Below, one piece after another: positions 47,830-60,251 of a stretch of DNA of 64,000 bases; the first letter of the stretch is position 1, and every line of letters begins with the position of its first letter. Origin of the DNA: Vitrella brassicaformis CCMP3155 (Eukaryota > Protista > Chromerida). The notes beneath the pieces are model-generated. The model was not told the DNA's origin. It worked only from the letters and a program-made list of their open reading frames with translations, and did not search any database. Both the position numbers and the translations under genes were made by a program. The stretch lies in the NCBI GenBank assembly GCA_001179505.1, contig CDMY01000381.1:28179-92178 (forward strand), given 5' to 3'.

Positions 47830-48565
47830 TGCTGCTGCTCTTCTTGCTACTCAGTCGACCGGTCGGGATCGTCACACTGGCTGCTGTTGAATAGGCGCTT
47901 GACACTGAAGAGGCCTTTCGGGGCTGATGACATCGAGAGAATGCGGACTGATAGATCGGTTAGGATCTATCAGCTGCCGACAGACAGACGATAGTGAGGC
48001 TGCTGCACAGAAAGACTGCCGAGAAGCGGATGATAGACAGACCTGTTAGGATCTGCCCAACTGTTGATCACGCGGAAAAGACAAAGCAATTTGCTGCGCC
48101 CATGTCAGAATAGGTGGGAGAGAGTCGGTGAAAATGGTGAAAAGAGGATCAGCCCGGCGGTCAGTCCCGGATAAAGTTCAAGTCAATGTGAGATGCCCTT
48201 GCCGCCCTTGTCCTCCAGACCAAGACGGAATGCCGCATTGGTGATCCTGGTCACCCGCTGCAGCTGCTCATCACCCACCATCTGGGCCTGCTGTTCGTTG
48301 GTCGTCGCGAATGTGGCCCCAGCGGCGCTTGAAGAGGCTGCTGAAGCATCCCGGTCTCACACGCTGCGCCTCTGGACCGGGATGCACCCTCACCCATGCC
48401 TATGCATGTGTGCCAAATTGAGGCTTTGACTGGACGGTCATCAGAAGGACCTTCATCATTATCATCATCCAAAGGGGGAATTCATCAGGTACGCACACGT
48501 ACCTTGTTGCAGTCTGCATAGCATTATGCATTGTCCTGTGCGGACGTACCTACCCTTTCAACCAG

Positions 48566-49264
48566 ATGCAATACGAGCCGGCTGGGATTCTTCACTGCGG
48601 GCTTATCATGGACGGGGCATACGTCATCCATTGCCATCGTGATAATCACACGACCCCCCTCACACACGAGTGCCTCATGAACTACATTGATGCGATGAAA
48701 GTGGAGTTTGGGGAGCAAGTAGGCAAGCGGATCGTGATTCACAAGAAGCATTCGCTCTTTGTCAATGCGAAGCCAGTGGCGTTGAGAACGCGTCGTGAGG
48801 AGATGACGACATTGCACGGGAAGATTGAGCGGAGCGGTATTCTCGTACAAGAGGTTGGAATTAAGTGGGAAAACGGCAGTAGAAGGGTACAGCAAGGAGC
48901 AGATGTGGCTATCGGGACGAGACTGCTGGAGACAGGGGCGAAGAAAAAAGTCGATGCCATAATTCTGTTTGCTGGAGACGGTACATACAAAAGACATACA
49001 CCGGCAAGCAGCAGAGGCATACAGAGCCGCATGCACGCATATTCGTGTCAGGTGTTTTTCTTCCAGCACTGAAAAGGGTCAAGCAGACGACACGGAAATA
49101 TGTCTTTGTTTGTGGATTCGGCAAGTCTGTCAGGTGAGGAAAGGAGCAAAAGCACGGACCGACAGGCGGCATGCACAGTATGCCTTTTGCCTTCGTCTTG
49201 CTGCAGCCCTAATTTGAGGCCCAACGGACGAGGGCTGGTGGACAAAATATGTATCATCGGCTGA
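48566..49264 (+). CDS. NYN (LabA/DUF88, PIN-fold) domain protein, spliced
   Basis: GLIMDGAYV...VQQGADVAIG..LL...VDAIILFAGDG|VFLPALKRVKQ..KYVFVCGFGKSVS|PNLR...LVDKICIIG*. The start is uncertain and upstream exons are possible. Confidence 0.85.
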
Positions 49265-49695
49265 TACACGGTGCATTTCCCCTTGTCCTTCAGGTATAGT
49301 TCTTCCTTCCTACATGCACAAAACGTATCGAGCATAGATGTTGCCCTCCTGCTTCTTGCTTCATGCAGATATGAAGAGGATTCTTCGTGTGATGGCGAGT
49401 AGGATGATCATTGGCGAGTTACGTGCATCGTCATTTACTAGAGTTGAAGGCTGCTTGCATGGGTTCGGTCGCCTGCAACTTCGGTTTCTTGCTTATACCG
49501 TCGCTCAGGCACTCACTCTCTGTGTGTGTGTATATGTGTATATACGTGTTCTCACACTCGCATGCTCCAAAGTAATGTGACTGCAAGAATGATGCAAGTA
49601 ATGTGAAGACAATTAACGATCAGCAGCCGTACGGCACATTCATCTGCTCAGGTTTTTCATGTGCTTTTTGTCGTTATTTGCCTTTCATCATGTTT

Positions 49696-49781
49696 GGGTC
49701 AGTCAGAGATCACTCTGTGTGCAAGAATGACTGGCCGAGGGTCAGTCAGAGATCACTCTGTGTGCAAGAATGACTGGCCGA
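49696..49781 (+). repeat. 43-bp perfect tandem duplication
   Basis: gggtcagtcagagatcactctgtgtgcaagaatgactggccga x2. Confidence 0.95.
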
Positions 49782-50035
49782 CACCTGTACATGTATAGAC
49801 AACGTGCATGCATGTGCATACCTACCTACCTACCTTCACTCTCCACCCTGCGAATGCAATCACGCATATCGCTCTCGGCAATCATTGCCTTTCGTGCGTA
49901 CACACAAATCTAAAGCATATATATAAACTCATACAATTCAACAATACCCAACAAAAGCCCTGAGGTTTGTCGTGTAATGTAAGGAAAATGAGTTTCACGT
50001 TCTTTCAGAAACTCACGTGAACTTCCTGTTTTCAA

Positions 50036-50119
50036 AGTCCCTAGGGTTGGAGTTCTCGCGAGAACGAAGTTGAAGCGAGAAGTCCCTTCGTTCTCGCGAG
50101 AACTCCGACACTAAGGACT
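50036..50119. repeat. Nested palindrome: 34-bp inverted arms, each with a 14-bp perfect palindrome
   Basis: Arms 50036-50069 and 50086-50119 pair at 31/34 positions around a 16-nt loop; each arm contains gttctcgcgagaac. Confidence 0.9.
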
Positions 50120-50289
50120 ACTGCGGCCAGTGTCGCCACACCTGAAAAAACACATTAGAGGATAGATTGGGTGACGAAAGCATCTCTCACCTGCGGTAGC
50201 CACAGCCGCATATGGGTAGCGCCTGTGGAGCAGCACATCCGAGTCCACACGGAAAAGATCCATCCAGAACAGGTTCTGAGAGGCATTCG

Positions 50290-50405
50290 CAGTGGAGTTG
50301 CCGATCACATGGCCTTCGCAGTATCCCGGATCGTATGCGCACTGCTGTGTGTTGCAGAGTGAGTCCCATTGCTGGTCGTCAATGCTGGCAGCAGGGCAAC
50401 CTGCA
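50290..50405 (-). pseudogene. Degenerate LNR/Notch-repeat exon
   Basis: GCPAASIDDQQWDSLCNTQQCAYDPGYC resembles C..xIGDGxCDxxCNxxxCxYDGGDC, with key residues altered. Confidence 0.55.
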
Positions 50406-51709
50406 AAATCACACGACAGCACGATGGCGTGTCCTCAGCTGTGGACCGCCGGACCATGAAGGCCCAATCAGTGCCATGGTCCTTTCCTGATCCTGTGGGC
50501 CCAAAACCCCCGAAAAACATGTGGGTTTTGCCCTTTGGTTCCTACTCTCGCGACTCAGCATGTTGTCCATTTGCGTCGTCGTTCTGATAGGCCTTACGGT
50601 TTGCGTGGGGGCCGCTTCAATGCCACGGAGAAGGAGCCTCAGGACAGAAGAGGTCGTCCAGGGACGATAGCTGAGGAAATTCAACAGCGCTATCAAAGGG
50701 GGAAATCCCCAGGCCCCCCAAGTCGGCTCCTCGGAGAGATCCGAGCTCAGCCTGCCCGAGCGCCCCCAAGCCACCGGACGAGGAGAAGGCTTGCCAATGG
50801 ACCTACAACCGCCCCCCCTCCCGGGGCTTTTGCGACAACTTCGATGCCTGCAAGAAGGTGTGAGACGACACGGGTGCGGCATTCACCCCGTTCAAATGTG
50901 AGGTGGATGCCGACAAGGTGTCTGCGAAAGGCTCTCTCGAAGCATACAAAGCCGCAGAAGTGACTTAGTCTTATGAATTGTCTGCGTGTCTGGAGTGGGT
51001 GCATGCCTGTTGTGTGTGTCATGCACACACACGCATTTATGTCTCCCTGCCTGTCTGTCTACCACTTGCCTACTGGCTACGTCCTTACATACATAGAGAC
51101 ATACATACAGGCTCCTTTTTTCGCATGCATGGGCCGCATTCATCCTTCCTTGCCATCCATCCCTCCATCCCATCGTTGATCGACTCCACTCTCGAGTACA
51201 GATCTACTCTGAGATGTGTGCCACTCCTCCATCTACTCTGTCCCCCGTCCTTACATGTCTACTCGTGTCCATGAGTGGGGGCTTCCTATGGTGGATGAGT
51301 TTTGTCTCTGCTTGGGCGTGAGTGTCGCTGCGCCAGTTTTATGCTGGGCTCGAGCCACTATCCGCTAGCCACATTTTCTGACGAGTCTTCGAGACTCACG
51401 TGGCACTAGGTGTTTGTCTCTAACGTATTGCAGTTGCCCTTTTTTCTTGCAGTCATGGACATGCACTGTACGTTGCAATCCATCACAAGACACGGAACAG
51501 AAAAGAAAAGATCGTTGACACCCAAGAAACCGACTGGGTTGTCCACACCATGAAGATGAATCGATATAATCGACATTACGCATCTCTCAACTCATCGGGC
51601 AGTGGTTCTCTGTTAGCAAAAACTTGCCCTTCTCCCTGCATGCACACCAAAATAAAGAATGTGTGTACGGGTGATGCATAGGCACGTCACGTCGATCCAT
51701 GGGCTCAGC

Positions 51710-52470
51710 TCACCTCAAGTACGTGATAACTCTGTCGAGGCCGCACTCGAGCTGATAGTCGCACCTTGAGCTGGAGCGGCTTCCAATTGTAGATAAACTG
51801 ACCCACACAAAGGAACAGAGACACAGGTCATGTCGACGCATGGATGAAGCCAGCTGATCCATACTACCTTGACGACGTGGCCTGATGGATGGCTGGGGTC
51901 CCTCCAAAGCTCCAAAAACAAAGTCTGAGAGCATGCAGAGGCATGTTGGAACAATTGCCATTCTCTCGCAGCTTCGGCCCCTACCGATGCAAGCGGCGGC
52001 TGGCGGCCGTCAAAGCCCTCCAAATATCTGACAGAGACAGAGACACAGTCCCTTTCTCCCGCCGGCATTTCGCGTTGTGTGTCTCCAGACACCTCAGGAG
52101 ATAGCTGGGGGAGCTGTCATGTGTGGCAAAGAGCATGAAACTGAGGCTGTTCCAGAACTTAGAGGCCTCGTCCAGACCCGGTGTCTGAAACGAATCAGAG
52201 AGAACAGAGACACGACAGCAGTCGATTCGTGTGGTCACTTGCTGACAAACCTTCTTGAGTCGCTTGGTTGCCCGCTGCTGTAGGTCAGGATCATATGGAT
52301 TGGCCTTCGCCTCGAGCAGATCGGCCATAGTTGAGAAGAAATACTCGGCCGGAAAAGCAGAGAACATAGGATGGCCGTACACCTGAGACAAGAAGGGAGA
52401 GATTGAGAGCCGTGTCTTTCCCGACTTTCATTTCCGACCACGCTGTAGTGAAGGGCTTCGGCTATGCACG
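51710..52470 (-). pseudogene. Histidine acid phosphatase (branch 2), C-terminal half, cut by CRE copy B
   Basis: SFMLFATHDSSPSYLLRCLE|..FDGRQPPLAS|TLFLELWRD...HVVK|FIYNWKPLQLK / CDYQLECGLDRVITYL: the HD motif (52116-52121), PPxAS-LxxELW-VxxxYN and CxL motifs. The RHG half is absent. Confidence 0.75.
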
Positions 52471-55400
52471 GCCACCTGACCAGGAGTTCCGCCATCTGCC
52501 GTGTCGAGCCTGCAATTCACTCGTTTGTGGGCCGTGTGTGGAGGCCGAGGAGTCTGCCCGCCGGAACTCTCGCACGGCGCGGAATGAGGCTCATTGTCCC
52601 TTCGCGGGGGAGCCCTGGCATGCCGCCATCTTGGAGCTAGAGAGGGAGTGGGGGTGGCCTCCCTCCTCGTGGGAAGGATTTGCTGAGGGCCGCCTCTATG
52701 AGGAGCGCTTCCATCTACCTATAACGTGCCTCCTGCGAACCTTTGGCCTGCTGATTGGCCCGCTGGGTACCGGCTACTCCCGTGACGACAATGCCGCTCG
52801 GATCCGAGACATGATGAACACCGGTGAGCTCTCCGAGGACACGGCGCGTCTTGCTTTGGCGACAATCGCCGTCGAGAGCCCCATGCGAGCGGCTGCGCTG
52901 CGCAGCATGGTCTTCCTTCCTCGCCTTCCCCCTGTCACCCAACTTCAACAGCGGGGAGGCCTTCTTCATTCCGCCAGCTTCAGCATCACATTCCGTTTTG
53001 TTAACGAGAATGGTGCCAACAACAACTGCCTGCTCGAGGCAGCGATTCGCAAGCTGCGTCTGGGGCGGCTTCGACTCTTCAATGGACGGTCGGCTGATCG
53101 TCTTCCCACCCCTATCCCCGGACCAGCAGAACTGCGCCGGCTAGTGGTAGGGGACCTTGAACGACGGCGTGCTTCGGGTCAATTGGACGCCTTCTTCGCG
53201 AGACCTCGCGACCACATCTTGGACGTCAGGCGGAATTCGTCACTTACCGAGTGTGACGTTCGCTCTCTGGCCAACGTGACGGCAGCCTCCATCGTTCTCT
53301 GCGTCCTTGCCGAGGAACAGTTCGAATACCCCACCGTCCCGCTCTTGCTTCGCGAGCATGAGACAATTCACCCCGAGGGCGGACGTGTGCAGCGGCCGAG
53401 GACGGCCCTGGAGCCCTTCCCTCCCCCCCCACCGATTCTCTTCATTTCCTACGCTGGCAACCACTTCATGTCCCTACTACCGTTGGATGAGAGTGATCCC
53501 GCAGCGGGTGCGGAGGTTGCAGGCGACTGGTGCCGATGTGTTGAGTGGCCGTGCGCCTGTATGGAAGTCGCGAGAGATGATAGCCATGCTGCGGGCCCGT
53601 CAGACGGCCTCGGGAATCCATCGGAGACACGTCCCCCTGCTGCCATCAATGGACCGACCCGCCTCGTACCGCCTCCCTCTCCCCCGGAGGGCATCGCCAA
53701 TCCAGGGACCTCACCTCGCTCGGCCATCCGACGCCAGCGTCGCACCGATAGACAACGGCAATGCCGCACCCGCCGGCGTTTGCAAGAGGAGGCGGCCGTA
53801 CCGACCCGTAAGGATTTGGAGGAGGAAGTGGCGTCCAGTGGCCTGGAAAATCGACACGACCAGGACACCCACATGGATTCGGTCAATGGCGATGCAGCCC
53901 CGTCCACGGGAGATGACCAAGAAGTCGATAGGACGAACGAAGTGGGAGACACCATGGATGGACGTGGATGGATGGATATGGCGGAGGACCGCGATTTGAC
54001 AGTGGGCAGGGGAAGGGCAGATGCCAGCGGGCAACTCACTCTGGATGAGCTGATATCTCGCGAAGGCCGCGGATCCTCGGGTGCAGATCCATCTTTGGCG
54101 GCGGGGCCGAATAGCGGCGATCGCCCCACACTTCCCCCCGATCGGCCTGGGGCTCTGGCTGACATGACGTCGCGCGAGGGCTACGACCCGGACAACTGTG
54201 ACCCGCCCGAGGGCCTTCGAGAGTTGGTCGACATCCTCGATGCTTGGGATGACACAAGAGAGCATCTTCAACACCGACCCTCTGATGCGGCAGAGATCGC
54301 AGCACGCGAGGGCTTTGACCCGGAGAACTCAGATCCTCCAGAAGGGCGTCGCGACCCGGGAGGCATCTTCTCGGCTTGGCTCGATGATCCCGCCGCCCCT
54401 ACGCCTCCCTCTCAGCCGCCGGCAGATGTCCGCCGGCGCTCAGCCAGAAACAGAGGTTTTGGCAGATGTATGATATGTACGGCTTTCTGTGGCGGTCAAT
54501 GCTTCCGTCAGCAGGGTGCGGGGCAACCCAGGGGGAGGGGCCGCCGGGCCCGTGAGTTGCGACGACAGCGGACGGAGCCCGACCTTCCCCCGCCGCCCCC
54601 CTGTTCTAACCAAGCGGGCGGCTCTCAACCGCCTCCTTCGTCGTCCCCACCACCCCCACCACCGCCCCCGCCTCCTCCACCTTCCCCCCCGCCACCGTCA
54701 CCACCTTCGATCACCCGAGACACAGTCGTTCCGCCTCCAGACACCCGAGACACGCCCCCGGACACCCGAGAACGGTAGGTCGAGGCGGGGACGGTGAAGG
54801 AGGTGCTTCGCAGCCTGTACCGCCAACGCGCCGAGCTCGGGGGAGGGGTCGCGGTAGAGGAGCACGTGGAGCTCCACGAGGCGTCCGAGGTGCTCGAGGT
54901 AGGGGAGGATTTGTGCCCCCGCCGCCGCCCGGCCCGCCACCCGGTGACCCGGGAGATGGCGGGGCAGGAGATGGTGACTCGGGCGGCAATGGGCCGCCCC
55001 CAAACGGAGGAGGACCTCCCCCTCCCCCTGGTCCACAACCTGACCCGCCCCACGACTCCCACTGGTTTCGCTCGAAAGGAATTTTCCCGCAGCGTGGGGT
55101 TGACTATCTTCGCACTCTCACTGCCGAGCAACGGGATGACCACTTTAAGCTGGGCATTCGCACCATATCACGCATCCCTGGATGTGTCCGCCACTCGCTA
55201 AAGATGGTGTTGGATACCACCGAGAAGTATGTGAAGGACGAGGAGGATTCGGATGTCGGCTGCTTGACAGCTATTTTCTTGCCGACTATGCTGCTGTTCC
55301 CGATGAATCGTGGCGGGACGGGCGGCCACCGCAAGTGGGGTTCTCGCTTCAAGCGTTTTTTGCTGGAGAATGGCAAGGATTACTCGACGAGTCCAGAAAT

Positions 55401-58400
55401 TTTGCTGAGCAGGGTCGCCACGTTTTCGCTCCACGTGGCGACGGACCAGTGGAAGGCGTGCCCGAGCCATCCCTAGAGGAGATCAAGCTGCGAGCGACAG
55501 AGAGGTTTGTGAAACAGGGGGAGCTGTCACGTGCGGCACGACGGCTGACGGCCGCCAAGGTCGCTCCAGCGACGGCGGCGACACTCCAGCAGCTCAAGGA
55601 CCTACACCCTGCAGCTCCGCTCCCCACAAAGCCGCAGCCCCAGAACGGCCCGGATGGACCGCCCCTCCCTCTCACGGTCCCACCCAGAGTTCTACTGGCN
55701 NNNNNNNNNNNNNNNNNNNNNNNNNNNNNNNNNNNNNNNNNNNNNNNNNNNNNNNNNNNNNNNNNNNNNNNNNNNNNNNNNNNNNNNNNNNNNNNNNNNN
55801 NNNNNNNNNNNNNNNNNNNNNNNNNNNNNNNNNNNNNNNNNNNNNNNNNNNNNNNNNNNNNNNNNNNNNNNNNNNNNNNNNNNNNNNNNNNNNNNNNNNN
55901 NNNNNNNNNNNNNNNNNNNNNNNNNNNNNNNNNNNNNNNNNNNNNNNNNNNNNNNNNNNNNNNNNNNNNNNNNNNNNNNNNNNNNNNNNNNNNNNNNNNC
56001 CCCTGGTCCACAACCTGACCCGCCCCACGACTCCCACTGGTTTCGCTCGAAAGGAATTTTCCCGCAGCGTGGGGTTGACTATCTTCGCACTCTCACTGCC
56101 GAGCAACGGGATGACCACTTTAAGCTGGGCATTCGCACCATATCACGCATCCCTGGATGTGTCCGCCACTCGCTAAAGATGGTGGTGGATACCACCGAGA
56201 AGTATGTGAAGGACGAGGAGGATTCGGATGTCGGCTGCTTGACAGCTATTTTCTTGCCGACTATGCTGCTGTTCCCGATGAATCGTGGCGGGACGGGCGG
56301 CCACCGCAAGTGGGGTTCTCGCTTCAAGCGTTTTTTGCTGGAGAATGGCAAGGATTACTCGACGAGTCCAGAAATTTTGCTGAGCAGGGTCGCCACGTTT
56401 TCGCTCCACGTGGCGACGGACCAGTGGAAGGCGTGCCCGAGCCATCCCTAGAGGAGATCAAGCTGCGAGCGACAGAGAGGTTTGTGAAACAGGGGGAGCT
56501 GTCACGTGCGGCACGACGGCTGACGGCCGCCAAGGTCGCTCCAGCGACGGCGGCGACACTCCAGCAGCTCAAGGACCTACACCCTGCAGCTCCGCTCCCC
56601 ACAAAGCCGCAGCCCCAGAACGGCCCGGATGGACCGCCCCTCCCTCTCACGGTCCCACCCAGAGTTCTACTGGCTGCCCTCAAGACGGCGCCGCGAGGTT
56701 TCGCAGCCGGCCCCACGGGATGGCGGTATGAGCATCTTCGTGCCTGCATGGGAGAAGGTGACGCCTCGGCAGAAGACGAGACCGTCCCCCTGCCCTCCCT
56801 TGTCAGCCGGATGCTCGCTGGTAACATGCCGGACAGCTGCACCACAACTCTTTCGGCCGCCCGCCTTTTCGCTCTGATGAAAGACAACGGTGGTGTCCGG
56901 CCGATTGCTGTGGGTGATGTGCTTCAGAGATGGGTGACGAAGGCAGTTTGTATGGAGAACAAGCTTGCCTTTTAGGAGGACTTCTCACCCCTACAGTTTG
57001 CGGTCGGTACGTCGGCAGGCGGAGAGAACATTTTCCGGGCCTGTCAGACCTACATGGAGACACGCCGCGATGATTCCGATAGACGGGTTTTGGTGACTTT
57101 GGACTGCAAGAACGCCTTCAACAGCATCGACCGTCAGGCGATCCTCGACGAGCTTGGCACAAAGTGGCCGTCCCTTNNNNNNNNNNNNNNNNNNNNNNNN
57201 NNNNNNNNNNNNNNNNNNNNNNNNNNNNNNNNNNNNNNNNNNNNNNNNNNNNNNNNNNNNNNNNNNNNNNNNNNNNNNNNNNNNNNNNNNNNNNNNNNNN
57301 NNNNNNNNNNNNNNNNNNNNNNNNNNNNNNNNNNNNNNNNNNNNNNNNNNNNNNNNNNNNNNNNNNNNNNNNNNNNNNNNNNNNNNNNNNNNNNNNNNNN
57401 NNNNNNNNNNNNNNNNNNNNNNNNNNNNNNNNNNNNNNNNNNNNNNNNNNNNNNNNNNNNNNNNNNNNNNNNNNNNCGCTTCAAGCGTTTTTGGGCTGGA
57501 GAATGGCAAGGATTACTCGACGAGTCCAGAAATTTTGCTGAGCAGGGTCGCCACGTTTTCGCTCCACGTGGCGACGGACCAGTGGAAGGCGTGCCCGAGC
57601 CATCCCTAGAGGAGATCAAGCTGCGAGCGACAGAGAGGTTTGTGAAACAGGGGGAGCTGTCACGTGCGGCACGACGGCTGACGGCCGCCAAGGTCGCTCC
57701 AGCGACGGCGGCGACACTCCAGCAGCTCAAGGACCTACACCCTGCAGCTCCGCTCCCCACAAAGCCGCAGCCCCAGAACGGCCCGAATGGACCGCCCCTG
57801 CCTCTTACGGTCCCACCCAGAGTTCTACTGGCTGCCCTCAAAACGGCGCCGCGAGGTTCCGCAGCCGGCCCCACGGGATGGCGGTATGAGCATCTTCGTG
57901 CCTGCATGGGAGAGGGTGACGCCTCGGCAGAAGACGAGACCGTCCCCCTGCCCTCCCTTGTCAGCCGGATGCTCGCTGGTAACATGCCGGACAGCTGCAC
58001 CACAACTCTTTCGGCCGCCCGCCTTTTCGCTCTGATGAAAGACAACGGTGGTGTCCGGCCGATTGCTGTGGGTGATGTGCTTCAGAGATGGGTGACGAAG
58101 GCAGTTTGTATGGAGAACAAGCTTGCCTTTGAGGAGGACTTCTCACCCCTACAGTTTGCGGTCGGTACGTCGGCAGGCGGAAAGAAGATTTTCCGGGCCT
58201 GTCAGACCTACATGGAGACGCCGCGATGATTCCGATAGACGGGTTCTGGTGACTTTGGATTGCAAGAACGCCTTTAACAGCATCGACCGTCAGGCGATCC
58301 TCGACGAGCTCGGCACAAAGTGGCCGTCCCTTGTCGATTTCTTCTGGCAGTTCTACGGGACCCCGGCTGAACCATGGTATCGCATGGAGGACGGACGCAC

Positions 58401-59946
58401 GGAGACAATCCTCAGTCAGGAGGGCACCCAGCAAGGCGACGCGGCGGGCCCTTCCTCTTCTGCCTGGGCCTCCACCCCGCCCTCGTCAAGCTGCAAGAGG
58501 AGTTCCCCGACGACTTGGTTAGTGCGTTCATGGATGACATCGATGGTGGACTGGATGAGACACGTGTTACGGGGTATGTGGACAGAGCCGAACAGCTTCT
58601 GGCTGAGAAGAAGTTGAGGCTGCGGAGAGACAAGAGTGTTGCATGGAGCCCCCGCTGGCAACAAGACTCCGACATCCCGGCGGACATCGCTGCTTCCGGC
58701 GTCAAGTGCTCCACTGAAGGCATCACTGTCCTCGGCTGCCCGCTTGGCGGCAACTCTTTCATCCAGCATAGCCTCGAGAAGATCACCAGAAGCCACCAGC
58801 CGCTGCTCGACGCAATTGTGACTTTTGCTCACAGGGCTCAGGCCTTCTTCTCCGCTATTGTGCATCCCCCCGGCTGAACTATTGGCTGCGCCTCCTTCCC
58901 CAGAATCCGATGTCTCCCTGGCAGCCGCCGAGCGACATGACGCCGCCATTATCACGGCATTCAGGCGCATGTTCCGCTTTCCCGGCGACTTCCCCGACTC
59001 GGTCCCCGCACAGGTGCAGCTATCCATCCGGCTGGGAGGTTTTGGCNNNNNNNNNNNNNNNNNNNNNNNNNNNNNNNNNNNNNNNNNNNNNNNNNNNNNN
59101 NNNNNNNNNNNNNNNNNNNNNNNNNNNNNNNNNNNNNNNNNNNNNNNNNNNNNNNNNNNNNNNNNNNNNNNNNNNNNNNNNNNNNNNNNNNNNNNNNNNN
59201 NNNNNNNNNNNNNNNNNNNNNNNNNNNNNNNNNNNNNNNNNNNNNNNNNNNNNNNNNNNNNNNNNNNNNNNNNNNNNNNNNNNNNNNNNNNNNNNNNNNN
59301 NNNNNNNNNNNNNNNNNNNNNNNNNNNNNNNNNNNNNNNNNNNNNNACCGATGTGGCGCACAGCTTCCTGGTGGCAAGGCGGCTCAGCTTGCGCAGAAAG
59401 ACAAGATCGACAAGTATGGACCAACCACCCAAGCAGCCGGCTTCCGCTTCGTGCCTCTCGCTGCGGAGACATTCGGCAGATGGGGAGAGAAGACGATGGA
59501 CTTTCTCAAGATGCTCGCCAAGCGAAAGCCTCGCCCCACATCCATTCCCACGGAGGAGGACACAGCTTTTCGAGAGAGCATCGTCAACCATTGGAGCCAG
59601 CTCCTGTCCGTCGAGCTGATGAAGCACAACGCATTTCAAGTGGCGAGTCGTGCACAGCGCGCGGCGGCCGCCAGAGGGCCGCGGAGGGCCAGCGCGTTTC
59701 CGGAGGACTTCGTCAGCCGCGGGCCTTACAGGCCACACACCAGCCCCGCTCCGGGGCTGTGAGGTGGCTGGCTGGACGTGGATTTCGTGATTGTGTGTGT
59801 CTTGTTTGCATGTCTCGCCCTTGTTTGCAGTGTGCGACATGTTTTCGCAGTCAACGAGCGTTTGGCCATTGTTCTTTGCATGTATTGTTCCCTTTTCCTT
59901 GCTTGGTACGATTGATGCTTAGACGAACTTCGTCGCCCGTTCATGT
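52467..59946 (+). mobile_element. CRE copy B, 5'-truncated inside the second RING-like cluster; OTU, RT and RLE present
   Basis: Same family as copy A. OTU Cys at 53027 and His at 53462; SAFMDDIDG at ~58522; PLAAETFGRWG; 3' UTR to ...cccgttcatgta. Several gaps carry overlapping redundant contigs (55000-58330), and frameshifts and stops are present. Confidence 0.95.
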
Positions 59947-60251
59947 AGCCTGCAGATTGGCTAGTAACAAACCCTGCTCATTCACTTATCCCCCCCTTCC
60001 CTCGAATTTTGGAAGGCATAACGGAGTTGTGTCGTGCTGTCTCTATCACTCCGTGCCATTAAAGGACGCCCCGCGTACATGATCGACTGACCTGTGTGTG
60101 TGTCCAGGGTTTGCGGCACATGCGGACCAGCGACCTTTCCAATGTCTTTCGCAACCAGTACTCTAGCGATGGTCAGCTTGCTGCTTAGACCTAGACCATG
60201 ATGCGTACTTCGCACGGCGGTCCGTCTTGGCGTGTGATGGTGATGTGTGCA

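Noticed and set aside
47880-48070. Copia 5' LTR and primer-binding site
   Set aside because: A TTCAACA-like end exists at ~47885, but no TGG-initiated PBS follows and there is no second LTR to confirm boundaries.
50409-50960. Stealth/GNPTAB assignment for the LNR-containing remnant
   Set aside because: No Stealth conserved regions could be read convincingly; only a degenerate LNR repeat is visible.
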